From positions 416,001-480,000 of the forward strand of contig CAVXXK010000001.1 in the NCBI GenBank assembly GCA_963765675.1: a DNA stretch of 64,000 nt. The letters are read 5' to 3'. This DNA is from an uncultured delta proteobacterium. Lineage in GTDB: Bacteria; Desulfobacterota; Binatia; Binatales; Binataceae. Under the pieces are notes generated by a model that saw nothing but the letters and a program-made list of their open reading frames with translations, did not search any database and was not told the origin of the DNA. Shown here piece by piece: positions 1-11,003 of this stretch; positions within the stretch are counted from its first letter, which is position 1; every line of letters begins with the position of its first letter. The position numbers were made by a program, and so were the translations under genes.

Positions 1-65
1 ACCACTCGCGTTCCCCCGCAGCAACAAGATGGTGCCACGTCCGGCATCGGACCAAGGAGACCACA

Positions 66-1724
66 ATGTCACATGAGATTGTAATTAGAGGCGGCACTAT
101 TGTCGATGGAACCGGCGTGGAGCCATTCGCGGGCGACCTGGCAATCGACGACGGCCGAATCACCGAAATTGGCGCAAAGATCGGCAGCGGACGGCAGGTG
201 ATCGACGCCGCGGGAATGGTCGTCTCGCCGGGATTTGTTGATATCCATACTCATCTCGATGCTCAGATCGGATGGGATCCATATCTCACGCCGGTGAGCT
301 GGCACGGCGTTACCACTGCATTGATGGGTAACTGCGGCGTCACTTTCGCGCCGTGCAAACCCACTGATCGGGAGTTGCTCGCCGGGATGATGGAGACGGT
401 CGAGGATATCCCACGCAACGCGATCCTCACCGGTCTGCCCTGGACGTGGGAAGACTACGGCGGGTATCTCGATTCGATCGAGAAGCTCAGGCCCGGGATC
501 AACGTGGCCGGGATGGTCGGCCATTGCGCGGTGCGCTTTTACGTAATGGGTGAGCGCGCGGTCGAGGAACAGGCGACCGAAGCTGAGCGGCGCAGGATGG
601 CCGAAATCGTAGGCGAGTCCATCGATCGCGGCGCGGTCGGGTTCTCGACCAATCGTCATCCGCCGCACAAGCTCCCCGACGGGCGGTCGATTCCTGGAAC
701 CTTCGCTGATCCGATCGAGCTCGTCGATATCGCCGGCCAAGTCTGGTCGCGCGACGGCCTGGTTCAGTTCGTTGGTGACGACCCCAAAGCCCTCATGGCG
801 ATCGTGAAAAGCGGCAGGGGCCGCTTCCTGTTCAGCTATGGCGCGGGCGAGGACGAGAGTTCCGGCACGCAACGGCGCGAGGTCCTTGACCGGCTATGCG
901 CCGGGCGCGACATCACGGCGATCACTCAGGTGCGCGGCTCGGGCGGTATGTTTGGGCTGCAATCCCCGCAGCTGCCGCAATTGGGTGAAACTTGGAAACG
1001 CTTGCAGAAGATGGGATTCCCCGAACGCGTGTCCGCGCTGAATGATCCCGACTTGTGCGCCAAGCTGATTGAAGAAGGCCGCCGCCAGAATCCCACCCCG
1101 GCCGAGATGAAGTGGGTCTACTATCTGGGCGCGGGCACCTCGCCTGATTACAGAGATGCGCCGGAAAACAATCTGCTCGCGATTGCCGCCGCGGCCGGCG
1201 AGCACTGGTCGGAAACTTTCCTGCGGCTCTCGCGCGAGACCAAGGGCAAAGCGCTCTTCAATTTCATCATGCACAACCGCAACCTCAAGGCGCTGAGCGA
1301 GGTGATCAAGAGCGAGCACTGCTTCCCGGGCTTGGGCGATGCCGGCGCGCACGTCTCGCAAATGATCGACGCGGGATGGGCGAGTTTCGTGCTCTCTTAT
1401 TGGGTGCGCAAAACCGGCCTTTATTCGATCGCGGAAGCGATTCGCCGCATGACCTCGGGTCCCGCGCGAGTGATCGGGCTGAAAGATCGCGGGACGCTCG
1501 CGGTAGGCATGCGCGCTGACGTGAACGTGTTTGATGCGGACAAAGTCGCGGAGTTGCAGCCCGAGTTGGTGAACGATTTCCCAGGCGGCGCGCCGCGATG
1601 GACTCAGCGCTCGATCGGCTACAAGGCGACCATCGTAAACGGCAAGATAAACGTGCTCGACGGTCAACACACAGGAGCCCGCGCAGGCGAGGTGATCCGC
1701 CACGGTAAACCGGCCGCACGATGA
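66..1724 (+). CDS. N-acyl-D-amino-acid deacylase family amidohydrolase
   Basis: PGFVDIHTHLD metal motif, HGVTT..GNCG, LGDAGAH, and C-terminal GTLAVGMRADVNVFD typical of amidohydrolase_3. Confidence 0.85.
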   Translation: MSHEIVIRGGTIVDGTGVEPFAGDLAIDDGRITEIGAKIGSGRQVIDAAGMVVSPGFVDIHTHLDAQIGWDPYLTPVSWHGVTTALMGNCGVTFAPCKPTDRELLAGMMETVEDIPRNAILTGLPWTWEDYGGYLDSIEKLRPGINVAGMVGHCAVRFYVMGERAVEEQATEAERRRMAEIVGESIDRGAVGFSTNRHPPHKLPDGRSIPGTFADPIELVDIAGQVWSRDGLVQFVGDDPKALMAIVKSGRGRFLFSYGAGEDESSGTQRREVLDRLCAGRDITAITQVRGSGGMFGLQSPQLPQLGETWKRLQKMGFPERVSALNDPDLCAKLIEEGRRQNPTPAEMKWVYYLGAGTSPDYRDAPENNLLAIAAAAGEHWSETFLRLSRETKGKALFNFIMHNRNLKALSEVIKSEHCFPGLGDAGAHVSQMIDAGWASFVLSYWVRKTGLYSIAEAIRRMTSGPARVIGLKDRGTLAVGMRADVNVFDADKVAELQPELVNDFPGGAPRWTQRSIGYKATIVNGKINVLDGQHTGARAGEVIRHGKPAAR

Positions 1725-1791
1725 TCGAGCTGGGACTCGTCAAACCAGCGCTCAAGTAACATCCGTCAAGGCGCAAGCCGCAGAGGTCTCG

Positions 1792-2679
1792 ATGGCTCGA
1801 AAAGGAAAGCAGGCGAACATCAGTTCGACGTTTGAAAGAATCCGTTACGAAAATCCCGCGCCGCATATTGCTCGCGTGGTGCTGGCCCGGCCCGAGCAGC
1901 GCAACGCGCAGGACCGCAAGATGCTCTACGAGATCGACCGCGCTTTTCGGATCGCGGTTGCCGATGACGACATCAAGGTGATCATCATATCCGCCGACGG
2001 CCCGCACTACTCATCCGGACATGATCTGAACGATCGCGCCGACCTGAACGACTTCGACACCGTGAGTCTGTGGGGCGGATTCGATGAAGAGGGTCAGGCC
2101 GGCATGATGAACGGCGAAGAAGAGATCTACCTCGGGTTTTGCTGGCGATGGCGCAATCTGCCCAAACCGACGATCGCGCAAGTCCATGGAAAAGTTATCG
2201 CCGGCGGCCTGATGCTGGTGTGGCCGTTCGATATCGTAGTCGCGAGCGAGGATGCGACCTTCTCTGACCCCGTGGTTGCCTTCGGCGTGAATGGCCACGA
2301 GTTTTTCGTTCACACCTGGGAGCTCGGCGCCCGCAAGGCTAAAGAGATGCTGTTCACGGGCGCCGCCTTGAGCGCTCAAGAGTGCCACCAACTCGGAATG
2401 GTCAATCTGGTGGTCCCTCGGTCGGATCTGGAGTCCGCCACCCTCGAACTGGCCGAGCGTATCGCCAAGCGTCCGGCGATTGGACTTAGACTGGCGAAGA
2501 TGGCCGTCAATCAAAGCCTCGACGCCCAAGGGCAGTGGACAGCGATCCAGGCGGCGTTCTCGCTTCATCACGTCGGACACGCCAACGCGAGAAGCAAGTA
2601 TGGCTACCCGGTCGAGCCGTCCGGAGCCGAACTGATTCGCGACGACGCAAAGGGCCGCAAGGCTAAAGGTGAGCGTTAG
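1792..2679 (+). CDS. Enoyl-CoA hydratase (crotonase superfamily, EchA13-like)
   Basis: RPEQRNAQ, YSSGHDL oxyanion motif, PKPTIAQVHGKVIAGGLML. Confidence 0.88.
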   Translation: MARKGKQANISSTFERIRYENPAPHIARVVLARPEQRNAQDRKMLYEIDRAFRIAVADDDIKVIIISADGPHYSSGHDLNDRADLNDFDTVSLWGGFDEEGQAGMMNGEEEIYLGFCWRWRNLPKPTIAQVHGKVIAGGLMLVWPFDIVVASEDATFSDPVVAFGVNGHEFFVHTWELGARKAKEMLFTGAALSAQECHQLGMVNLVVPRSDLESATLELAERIAKRPAIGLRLAKMAVNQSLDAQGQWTAIQAAFSLHHVGHANARSKYGYPVEPSGAELIRDDAKGRKAKGER

Positions 2680-2681
2680 CC

Positions 2682-3494
2682 ATGGAGCGAACCTATGTGG
2701 TCACAGGCGCCGCGTCGGGCATCGGAGCCGCGACAGCGCTTTATCTTCGGGAGCGAGGAGACCGGGTCATCGTCTGCGATCTCCGCAATGCAGATGTCGT
2801 CGCAGATTTGACGACCACCGCAGGACGTGCCGAGTTGTTCGAAGGTGTCACGCGCCTGTCGGGAGGCAGGATTGACGGGATCGTCGCCAATGCCGGTGGC
2901 GGGCCGCCACAGACCAGCCTTTCGCTGAATTTCTTCGGCGCGGTGGCCACGCTCGAGGGCTTGCGCCCACTGCTTAAGGCCAGTTCTGCGCCTCGCGCCG
3001 TCGCGGTGTCGTCAATCGCCTCGTTTGGTCCTGCGGATCCAGGACTGGTCGCAGCTTGTCTGAGTATGGACGAACACGCAGCAAATGCGGCCGGGTGGGA
3101 GTTCGCCGCGAAAACTGCGCCCCTGGACAAGCTGACCACGGCCCAGGCGATAAAGATCGGTTTGGATCTGTATGGCGCTGCCAAGCATTCCTTGAACTGC
3201 TGGTGTCGAAGAGTCGCGGTGAAACCAGAGTGGGCTGGCGCCGGGATTCCGCTGAACGTGGTTGCTCCAGGATTTATCGACACGCCAGCGGCTTCATACA
3301 TCCTGTCAGATCCAGACCGGAGCGCGGCGATGGAGCGGATGGTGCCGATGCGCGGGGTCTATCCAGCGCGTCCAGAGCAGATGGCCGCGATCCTGGGCTG
3401 GTGCGTGAGCCCGGAAAATTCGCTGATGACGGGACAAATCCTCTTTGTGGATGGTGGCGCTGAGTGTCTGGCGCGCGGAGAGCGTGCCTGGTGA
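2682..3494 (+). CDS. Short-chain dehydrogenase/reductase (3-alpha-HSD-like)
   Basis: TGAASGIG, ANAG, YGAAK catalytic motif, TGQILFVDGG. Confidence 0.88.
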   Translation: MERTYVVTGAASGIGAATALYLRERGDRVIVCDLRNADVVADLTTTAGRAELFEGVTRLSGGRIDGIVANAGGGPPQTSLSLNFFGAVATLEGLRPLLKASSAPRAVAVSSIASFGPADPGLVAACLSMDEHAANAAGWEFAAKTAPLDKLTTAQAIKIGLDLYGAAKHSLNCWCRRVAVKPEWAGAGIPLNVVAPGFIDTPAASYILSDPDRSAAMERMVPMRGVYPARPEQMAAILGWCVSPENSLMTGQILFVDGGAECLARGERAW

Positions 3495-4996
3495 GCGTTG
3501 ATTCAAATTCAGGGCGCCCGCCGCTGACATTTTCGACCAATGTCTTGTACGGCGTCGGATCGGTCGCGTTTGGGGTGCACACGACCGCACTCTCGCTTTT
3601 GTTGCTGTTCTTCAACCAGGTCGTGGGACTGCCGGCGGCATGGGTGGGCACGGCGCTGATGATCACCCTGATGTTCGATGCGATCTGTGATCCGTTGATC
3701 GGGGAATGGTCGGATCACACGCGCTCGCGATGGGGCCGGCGGCATCCTTTCATGTACGCTTCCGCGGTCCCGGCCGCAGTCGCGTTCTATTTCCTGTTCG
3801 ATCCTCCGCTCGGATGGCCCAAAAGCTACCTGTTCGTGTACGTGGTCGCGATGCTGGTGATCGTGCGGGTGCTGCTGAGCCTGTATGAAATCCCCAGCTC
3901 TGCGCTGGGACCGGAACTCACCCTCGACTACGACCAGCGCACCGGCCTGATGAGTTCGCGATTTTTTTTCGGAGCCATCGGCGGCGCGGGGATGTCGATC
4001 CTCGCGTTCCAGGTCTTCCTGCGCAAGGACGCGACGCATCCGCTGGGCTTGCTCAACCGCGCGGGCTACAGCGAATACGCGCTGGTCGCGAGCATCGCGA
4101 TTTTCCTCTCGATCATGATCTCATGTCTGGGCACTCATCGCTTCATCGAGGCCCTGGTCCATACTCCGGTCATACGGGGCTCATGGCGCGAGAAGTTCCA
4201 CGAAGTCAGCGGCACGTTGACCAATCGATCATTTCTCGCGTTGATGATCGCGGGAGTAATCTCGGCCATTTCAGGCGGCCTCAGGCAGGGGCTCAGCATC
4301 TACATCGCAAATTATTTCTTTGAGCTGACGCCCGCCCAACTTTCGTACCTTGCGATGGTCGGGCTTTTGGCCGCGTTTGCCGGAGTTGCGTTCGCGCCGG
4401 CAATCTCAAAGCGGTTCGGGAAGAAGCCGACGATGATCGGCCTCTTTTTCGCCTCGCTATTCGCGTCAATCATACCGATCACGCTGCGTCTGCTCGACTT
4501 GGCGCCCCCCAACCGCACCGGCGGATTGCTGGCGCTCGTGATCGTCTTCGAGTTCATCGCCAGCACCCTCGGAATTGCCGGATTCATCATCGTGGCCTCG
4601 ATGATGTCAGACGTGGTCGAAGATGCGGCGGTGTCGACCGGACAGCGTTCGGAGGGGCTGCTGTTTGCGGCCAACGGTCTCATCTCGAAATGCGTCACCG
4701 GCGTTGGCATCTTCCTTTCCGGACTTATTCTCGCCTGGGTCAACTTTCCGCAGCATGCGGTGCAAGGCGGCGTGGACCCGGCGATTTTGCGCCACTTCGG
4801 CTTGATCTTCGTGGTGCTGGTGACGACGTTCAGCGCGATCGCGATCGCGGTCCTGCTGTTTTACAACATCGATCGCTCCAGGCATCAGCAAAATGTCGAG
4901 CGGCTGGAAAGCGCGGTTGAGTTTGATTCAGACGCTATCGCTAAGGGGAGCGCGCCCGGCGCCGAGAGCGTAGCCGCATCGGCGCAGATCCTGTGA
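3491..4996 (+). CDS. MFS transporter, glycoside-pentoside-hexuronide (MelB-like) family
   Basis: DAICDPLIGEWSDHTRSRWGRRHPF, ELTLDYDQRT, TGQRSEGLLF; GTG start overlaps the SDR stop (GTGA). Confidence 0.88.
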   Translation: MSVDSNSGRPPLTFSTNVLYGVGSVAFGVHTTALSLLLLFFNQVVGLPAAWVGTALMITLMFDAICDPLIGEWSDHTRSRWGRRHPFMYASAVPAAVAFYFLFDPPLGWPKSYLFVYVVAMLVIVRVLLSLYEIPSSALGPELTLDYDQRTGLMSSRFFFGAIGGAGMSILAFQVFLRKDATHPLGLLNRAGYSEYALVASIAIFLSIMISCLGTHRFIEALVHTPVIRGSWREKFHEVSGTLTNRSFLALMIAGVISAISGGLRQGLSIYIANYFFELTPAQLSYLAMVGLLAAFAGVAFAPAISKRFGKKPTMIGLFFASLFASIIPITLRLLDLAPPNRTGGLLALVIVFEFIASTLGIAGFIIVASMMSDVVEDAAVSTGQRSEGLLFAANGLISKCVTGVGIFLSGLILAWVNFPQHAVQGGVDPAILRHFGLIFVVLVTTFSAIAIAVLLFYNIDRSRHQQNVERLESAVEFDSDAIAKGSAPGAESVAASAQIL

Positions 4997-5067
4997 TCCG
5001 CGACTGTTGAACCGGGGCGCGGATCCTCGTGAGGGAAAAATAGCTTTCGGAGAAGAGCGAATCGATC

Positions 5068-6012
5068 ATGGCATCAGCTACGCTCACGGTGCGCGAACTC
5101 AGAAAATCCTTCGGCGAGCGAATCGCCGTCGATCGAGTCAGCTTCGCGATCGATGCGGGTGAAGTTTACGGAATGCTCGGACCCAATGGTGCGGGCAAAA
5201 CCACGTCGATTTCGATGATCGCCGGAATCCTGGCGCGCGACGGCGGCGAAATAACTATCGACGGCATCGGCATCGACGCCGGTCCGCCGGCGCGCGCCCG
5301 GATCGGTATCGTCCCGCAGTCGATCACGATTTATCCGGACCTGACCGCGCGCGAGAACCTGAACTTCTGGGGACGAATGTACGATCTGAGCGGCGACCGG
5401 CTCAAAATTGCGGTGGACGCTGCACTGGGCGCTGTCGGCTTGACCCCGCGCGCCGACGATATTTCGAGCACGTTCTCGGGCGGCATGCAGCGCCGCTTGA
5501 ACCTGGCTTGCGGCATTCTGCATCAGCCCAAGCTCTTGATACTCGATGAGCCGACGGTCGGAGTTGATCCGCAGAGCCGCAGCGCAATCTTCGATCTGGT
5601 CGAACGCCTGCGCGATGAGGGAACGGCGATCCTCTATACCACTCACTACATGGAAGAAGCCGAGCGCCTATGTACCCGGATCGGCATTATCGACGCGGGC
5701 AAGCTTATCGCGGAAGGCACTCGCTCGGAGTTGGTCGCCAAGCTCGGCCACGATGCGCGGATCGAGATCGGTTTGGGTCGTGGCGAGAGACTCGAAGGCG
5801 CGATACCGGTGATCACCGCGCTCGAAGGGGTGCGCTCCGCGCAAGTGATTGATGAACGCCTGAGCGTGTCTGCCGACCGCGGGGCGTACCGGTTACCCGC
5901 GCTCTTATCGGCGCTCCTAAGCAAAGGCCTGGTCGCGGAAAGCATCAGGGTCGTCGAGCCGAATCTGGAAGATGTCTTTCTGTCGATGACGGGCCGCGCG
6001 CTGCGTGACTGA
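5068..6012 (+). CDS. ABC-2 type exporter ATP-binding protein
   Basis: GPNGAGKTT, FSGGMQRR, LILDEPTVGVD, THYMEEAE. Confidence 0.92.
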   Translation: MASATLTVRELRKSFGERIAVDRVSFAIDAGEVYGMLGPNGAGKTTSISMIAGILARDGGEITIDGIGIDAGPPARARIGIVPQSITIYPDLTARENLNFWGRMYDLSGDRLKIAVDAALGAVGLTPRADDISSTFSGGMQRRLNLACGILHQPKLLILDEPTVGVDPQSRSAIFDLVERLRDEGTAILYTTHYMEEAERLCTRIGIIDAGKLIAEGTRSELVAKLGHDARIEIGLGRGERLEGAIPVITALEGVRSAQVIDERLSVSADRGAYRLPALLSALLSKGLVAESIRVVEPNLEDVFLSMTGRALRD

Positions 6013-6017
6013 CTCGT

Positions 6018-7133
6018 ATGCATTACGCATGGCAAATCTGTTTGAAGGATCTCCGCCAGCGATTTCGCGATCGCACCCTTCTGATTGTCGCTGTGATCGC
6101 CCCGCTGGCGCTGACCGGGCTAATCGGTCTGGCTCTAGGCGGATCGAGCAGCATTCGCATGCGCCTTGCGATCGCGAACCTCGACCACACTCAGCTCTCT
6201 CGCAGCTTCGTCGATTTCGTAAAGCGGCCGCCCCGTCCGCCACTGCGCGAGGAAATTGTTGTGCTCCCTATGAACTCGCGCTCGGCGGCCGAAGCCGCCA
6301 TCAAAGCACACGAGGTTGAATCCGGAGTGGTATTGGCTCCGGGTTTCGCGCAAGCGGCCCGAGCCGGCAATTCCGGATCGGTCGAGATCCTTGCCGCCGG
6401 CAACGAGCACTTCGCGATGATGATGACCGACGCACGGCTCCGTGATTTCCTGAACCGCGTCGCCGCCCAGTCCGACGGAGTCAGGATTGCCTCGGTAATA
6501 CCGCGTTCTCCTGGCGGCCTGCTCAGAGTCGTTGATTTCTTCGCGGCCTCGATGACGGTTCTGTTCCTGACTTTCGCTGTGCTCTCCGGCGTGCAGGCAA
6601 TGCGAGCGGAGGTAGACGACCGGACAATTTTGCGGCTGATGGCCTCGCCCGCCGAGCCGGCCGCGATACTCGCCGGGAAGTTCGGCGCACTCCTGGTGCT
6701 CGGACTTACCCAAATGATTGTAATGATCGCGGCGACGTCTGTGCTGTTCGGGACCAAATGGGGCAACCCGTTTCTGGTGGCGGCACTGGTCTTAACCAGC
6801 GTGCTGATGGCAATCGGGCTCACCGCGTTCCTGATGAGCCTGGCAAAGAACGCTGATCAAGGGACAGGGATAGCGGCGCTCGTGATCGCGTTGCTGTCGG
6901 TGGTGGGCGGCCAATTCCTTCCGCCGCACGGTCTTCCAGACGTGTTCGAGACGCTTACTCGTCTGACGCCGAACGGACAGGCATTTTATGGCTTTATCGA
7001 TCTGTCCGCCGCCGGGAGCCACGGCAGCCTTGGGACTATCGCACAACCCTTGTTGGTTACCGGACTCGTTGGGGTGGCAGGGATCGCGTTCGCCGCGTAC
7101 AGAGCGCGCTCGGCATTGCAGAGCATGACTTGA
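6018..7133 (+). CDS. ABC-2 type exporter permease
   Basis: N-terminal TM, extracytoplasmic loop and multi-TM C-terminus; follows the ATPase. Confidence 0.82.
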   Translation: MHYAWQICLKDLRQRFRDRTLLIVAVIAPLALTGLIGLALGGSSSIRMRLAIANLDHTQLSRSFVDFVKRPPRPPLREEIVVLPMNSRSAAEAAIKAHEVESGVVLAPGFAQAARAGNSGSVEILAAGNEHFAMMMTDARLRDFLNRVAAQSDGVRIASVIPRSPGGLLRVVDFFAASMTVLFLTFAVLSGVQAMRAEVDDRTILRLMASPAEPAAILAGKFGALLVLGLTQMIVMIAATSVLFGTKWGNPFLVAALVLTSVLMAIGLTAFLMSLAKNADQGTGIAALVIALLSVVGGQFLPPHGLPDVFETLTRLTPNGQAFYGFIDLSAAGSHGSLGTIAQPLLVTGLVGVAGIAFAAYRARSALQSMT

Positions 7134-7137
7134 GAAT

Positions 7138-8221
7138 ATGCGAACCGGACTAAATGTTATCGCGGCAGCCTCCGCTGCCAACGGTGCCAGCACCAGGCGC
7201 AACCAGCGCAGGCTTGCAGCGCTGTTCCTGGTGCCTGCCGCCGTGATGGCGATCATCGGAATTGCGATGGGCGGTTACAGCGACCCGTCCATGGTCGTAG
7301 GCGTTCTCGATCGCGCGGGCACAAGCGCGAGCGGCTCGCTATCGGCAGCCATTCGCGGCCGATCAGCAGATGCGCATCCGCACGTACACCGATCAGGCGA
7401 AATTGCGCCTCGCCGTGTTCCGCGGCCGGCTGGACGCGGGGGTCATCATTCCGTCTGGGTGGCGAGTCACCGACGACCTCGAAGTTTACCTATCGCCCGC
7501 CAACGCTGAGGCGCCTGTGCTCGAGGCAATGATCAATGCCGACCTGAGCCGTCTCGCTCGCGGGACAAAACCGCCCGACGTAGCAGTCGTTTACCCGGGC
7601 GGCGGACGCGCAGAGGCTCCCCGGCTCGGCTTTCAGTACACCGCACCTGCGAATCTGGTGCTGTTCGTGATCATCAATGGATTCATCTCCGCACTCGCCA
7701 TCATTGAACTTCGCCGCAGCGGGCTTTCGCAGCGACTACTCGCCACCCCGGCGCGAACGTGGGAGCTGTTCGCGATGCTCACGGTCGGGCCGTTTCAACA
7801 GATGGTCGGGCAAGCGGTTTTCTTGATCCTCATGGCGTGGCTATTTTTCGGAGTCCACTGGGGCGATCCGCTCGGAGTCTTTATCCTGACCGCCGCATTG
7901 ATCTGTTTGGGCGTGTCGCTGGTCCTGTTCATGGGAACCATTTTCCGAAACTCCCAGCAGCCCGCTTCGTTGGGGCCGTGGCTCGGTGTGTTCCTCGGCA
8001 TGCTTGGCGGGTGCATGTGGCCGCTGGAGGTTGTCCCACCCATCATGAAGACCCTTGCATTTCTCTCGCCTGCCGCGTGGGCGATGGATGCGTATCTGGC
8101 ACTGATCTTCGGCCACGCCTCTGCTCGCGCAATCATGCCGGACGTAGCAGTCCTCTTACTATTTTCCGCAGCGCTGGCGATTGTGGGAGCGTTGCGGCTT
8201 CGTCCCCAGCTTTCGAGATGA
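7138..8221 (+). CDS. Second ABC-2 permease, split by a frameshift near 7360-7370
   Basis: ORF 7138 gives the N-terminal TM and ORF 7370-8221 continues the permease (GMLGGCMWPLEVVP); together they make one ABC-2 permease. Confidence 0.75.
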
Positions 8222-8265
8222 CGGTCAACCCAAGGAATTCAGATGAAGATGAGGATCTTTAATCA

Positions 8266-10140
8266 ATGAACAGAAGAGCGTTCTTGAAAACAATCGGATC
8301 GGCGGCGGTGCTTCTGCCGATTTTGCCACGCCGCCTTTGGGCGGCTACTACGAATTTCAGCCGGCGCCGTCCTTCCGATGCCGCGTGGCCGTCGCAGGCG
8401 GCGTGGAAGCAACTGAGTGATGCGGTCGGCGGAAATCTGATTCCAGTAAACTTTCCGCTTTCGGCATCTGATCCGACGGCCTCCGCGGCCGCGCTTAGCT
8501 CGAAGGATCTGAAGAATCCATATTATATCGGCGATCAGCCGGGCCTCACCGAGACCTTGGGGTGGGTTGACGCATGGGCCACCAAACCAAGCGCCTATGC
8601 CGTCGCGGCAAGAAATGCCAACGACATCGCAGCAGCGGTGAACTTTGCCCGCGACAATAATTTGCGCCTGGTGGTCAAGGGAGGAGGCCATAGCTACCAG
8701 GGCACCTCGAATGCGCCCGATTCACTTCTGATCTGGACCCGGCATATGAACGATATCGAGATGCATCCGGCATTCGTCCCGCAGGGATGCGAGCAAACCA
8801 TGCAGCCGCAACCGGCTGTGACGCTCGGCGCGGGAACCATCGACATCCAGGCCTACGAAGCGGTTACGACCAAGGGCGGGAGATACGTCCAAGGAGGAGG
8901 CTGCCTGACCGTAGGGCTGGCGGGCCTGGTTCAAGGTGGCGGGTTCGGTAGTTTCTCGAAGCACTATGGTTCGGCCTCGGGAAACCTGCTCGAAGCCGAA
9001 GTAGTCACGGCCGACGGCCAGATACGCATCGCGAATGCATGCACAAATCCGGATCTGTTCTGGGCGCTGAAAGGCGGCGGGGGCGGCAGCTTCGGCGTGG
9101 TGAGCAAGTTGACGGTACGCACCCACGATCTTCCCGAATTCTTCGGCTCCGCCAGCTTCAAAGTCAAAGCCCCGTCGGATGATGCCTACCGCAGCCTGAT
9201 CCGCGAGTTCATAAGCTTCTACAAGGAGCATCTCTTCAACGACCATTGGGGAGAGCAGGTCCAGTTCAGCCCCGACAATACGCTCGAAATCAGCATGGTC
9301 TCTCAAGGATTGAGCGCGGAGCAGCCGAAACAGATCTTCCAGCCATTTCTCGACTGGGTCGCGCATTCATCCAACGGATGTTCGCTTGAAGGGCGGACAC
9401 CTTTCGCGAGCATACCGGCCCGGCACTTCTGGGACCCGCAGTGGTGGAAAGAGCATTGGCCGGAAGCCGCTTTTCCTCGAAATGGCAGTATCTTGCACGC
9501 GCTGCTTGACGATGTCCTGGTAAAAGTGATTCCGCAGCCTGTTTTGGACTTCGACCCTCGGCCCGGCCCGAGCTCTGAGAACGCATGGTGGAAGGGGAAC
9601 ACGGGGGAGTGCGGCTGGTTCATTTGGGGGTACGAGTCGCTTTGGATACCCGCGTCGCTGCTCGAGAGTGACGCGCAGGCTCGTCTCGTCGACGCGTTGT
9701 TTGCAGGCTCCCGGATTTCTGGATTGAGCCTGCACTTAAACAAGGGACTCGCCGGTGCGCCGCCCGACGCGATCGCCGGGGCCAGAGACACCGCAATGAA
9801 TCCAGCGGTGCTGAGCGCCTTCGCGCTCGCGATCGTGGCCGACGGTCAGGATCCCGCCTACCCTGGAATTCCGGGGCATGAGCCGTCGGTGGCGGAGGGA
9901 AGAGAAGCCGCGAAGCGCATTGATCAATGCGTCAATCAACTTCGAGCCGTCACGGGAGAAACCGGAGCCTACTGGGCTGAGAGTAATTATTTCGAGAAGG
10001 GATGGCAGCAGGCGTACTGGGGCAGCAACTATTCTCGCCTCGCTGAAATCAAGAAAAAATACGATCCCGACGGGCTGTTCTTCGTCCATAACGGAGTTGG
10101 TTCGGAACAGTGGACTACGGACGGCTTCACCAAGCTATGA
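8266..10140 (+). CDS. Tat-exported FAD-linked oxidoreductase (berberine-bridge-enzyme/VAO family), copy 1
   Basis: Tat motif NRRAFLK; KGGGHSYQG (His flavinylation site); GGGCLTVG (Cys site); BBE tail YWGSNYSRLAEIKKKYDP. Confidence 0.9.
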   Translation: MNRRAFLKTIGSAAVLLPILPRRLWAATTNFSRRRPSDAAWPSQAAWKQLSDAVGGNLIPVNFPLSASDPTASAAALSSKDLKNPYYIGDQPGLTETLGWVDAWATKPSAYAVAARNANDIAAAVNFARDNNLRLVVKGGGHSYQGTSNAPDSLLIWTRHMNDIEMHPAFVPQGCEQTMQPQPAVTLGAGTIDIQAYEAVTTKGGRYVQGGGCLTVGLAGLVQGGGFGSFSKHYGSASGNLLEAEVVTADGQIRIANACTNPDLFWALKGGGGGSFGVVSKLTVRTHDLPEFFGSASFKVKAPSDDAYRSLIREFISFYKEHLFNDHWGEQVQFSPDNTLEISMVSQGLSAEQPKQIFQPFLDWVAHSSNGCSLEGRTPFASIPARHFWDPQWWKEHWPEAAFPRNGSILHALLDDVLVKVIPQPVLDFDPRPGPSSENAWWKGNTGECGWFIWGYESLWIPASLLESDAQARLVDALFAGSRISGLSLHLNKGLAGAPPDAIAGARDTAMNPAVLSAFALAIVADGQDPAYPGIPGHEPSVAEGREAAKRIDQCVNQLRAVTGETGAYWAESNYFEKGWQQAYWGSNYSRLAEIKKKYDPDGLFFVHNGVGSEQWTTDGFTKL

Positions 10141-10290
10141 TTTCGACGCGAACAATGAACCGAAGAGCATTCTTGAAAACCCTCGGATCGGCGACGGTGC
10201 TCCTGCCGATTTTGCCACGCCGCCTTTGGGCGGCAACTGCGAATTTCCGCCGATGCCGCCCGTCCGATGCCGCGTGGCCATCGCCAGCGA
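10137..10290 (+). pseudogene. Truncated 5' end of a third copy of the flavoprotein gene
   Basis: MISTRTMNRRAFLKTLGSATVLLPILPRRLWAATANFRRCRPSDAAWPS nearly matches the N-terminus of 8266; similarity stops near 10288. Confidence 0.85.
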
Positions 10291-10312
10291 CCGGTCGGGA
10301 GATGGCGCTCAA

Positions 10313-10996
10313 TCAATGCGCCGCCGGCTGACGCACGCTCCTGATCAGCTGCTCCGTGATCTCGTTGGCAATCCAGTCAAGCTTCCACTTCCCGCCCTCC
10401 CGATACCAGTTGGTAACGGTATTGGCGGCGCGCAGGATTACGAAGGTCATCAGTTTCGGGTCGCCCCGCGCGAACACTCCCTGCTTCATTCCGCTGCGCA
10501 GGACCCCTATGAACATCTGCTCGATTTGGCGTGACAGGGTTCGAACGCGCTTCAGACTCGCCGGGCTGAGCGATACCGGGTTACCCATCTCCGGTTCGTA
10601 GCGTTCTTCCCGATGAGAGAATCTGGTGATCAGGCAGGATATGGATTTCCGCAGTACCAGTTCCGGATCGTCACCGCCTGCGCGCGCGATAGCGTCCAAT
10701 TGTCCGATGATCCGGCTCATTGCGTCGACACGGATCTCCGTGAAGATTTCCTCCTTGCTACGGAAGTAATGATAGATGTGTCCCTTGGCCAGGCCGCACT
10801 CGCTGGCAATCTGATCCATGTTGGTTCCGTCATAGCCGCCATGCGCGAAGGCGCGCGCGGCGCCGGTCAGGATTTCTTGGCGGCGCTCTTCCGCTTTGGC
10901 GACATTGCGAACACGATGCCCGCGGACCCCGACTTCGCCGCGAGCGGTGGCGATCAAGTTGCGTTTCGAGGCCATCGCTCTCTCCGGGTTCCTCAT
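10313..10996 (-). CDS. TetR/AcrR family regulator (KstR2-like C-terminal domain); start may be 10975
   Basis: HTH GYDGTNMDQIASECGLAKGHIYHYFRSKEEI; NWYREGG tail. Confidence 0.88.
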   Translation of the reverse strand: MRNPERAMASKRNLIATARGEVGVRGHRVRNVAKAEERRQEILTGAARAFAHGGYDGTNMDQIASECGLAKGHIYHYFRSKEEIFTEIRVDAMSRIIGQLDAIARAGGDDPELVLRKSISCLITRFSHREERYEPEMGNPVSLSPASLKRVRTLSRQIEQMFIGVLRSGMKQGVFARGDPKLMTFVILRAANTVTNWYREGGKWKLDWIANEITEQLIRSVRQPAAH

Positions 10997-11003
10997 ACTT
11001 GAC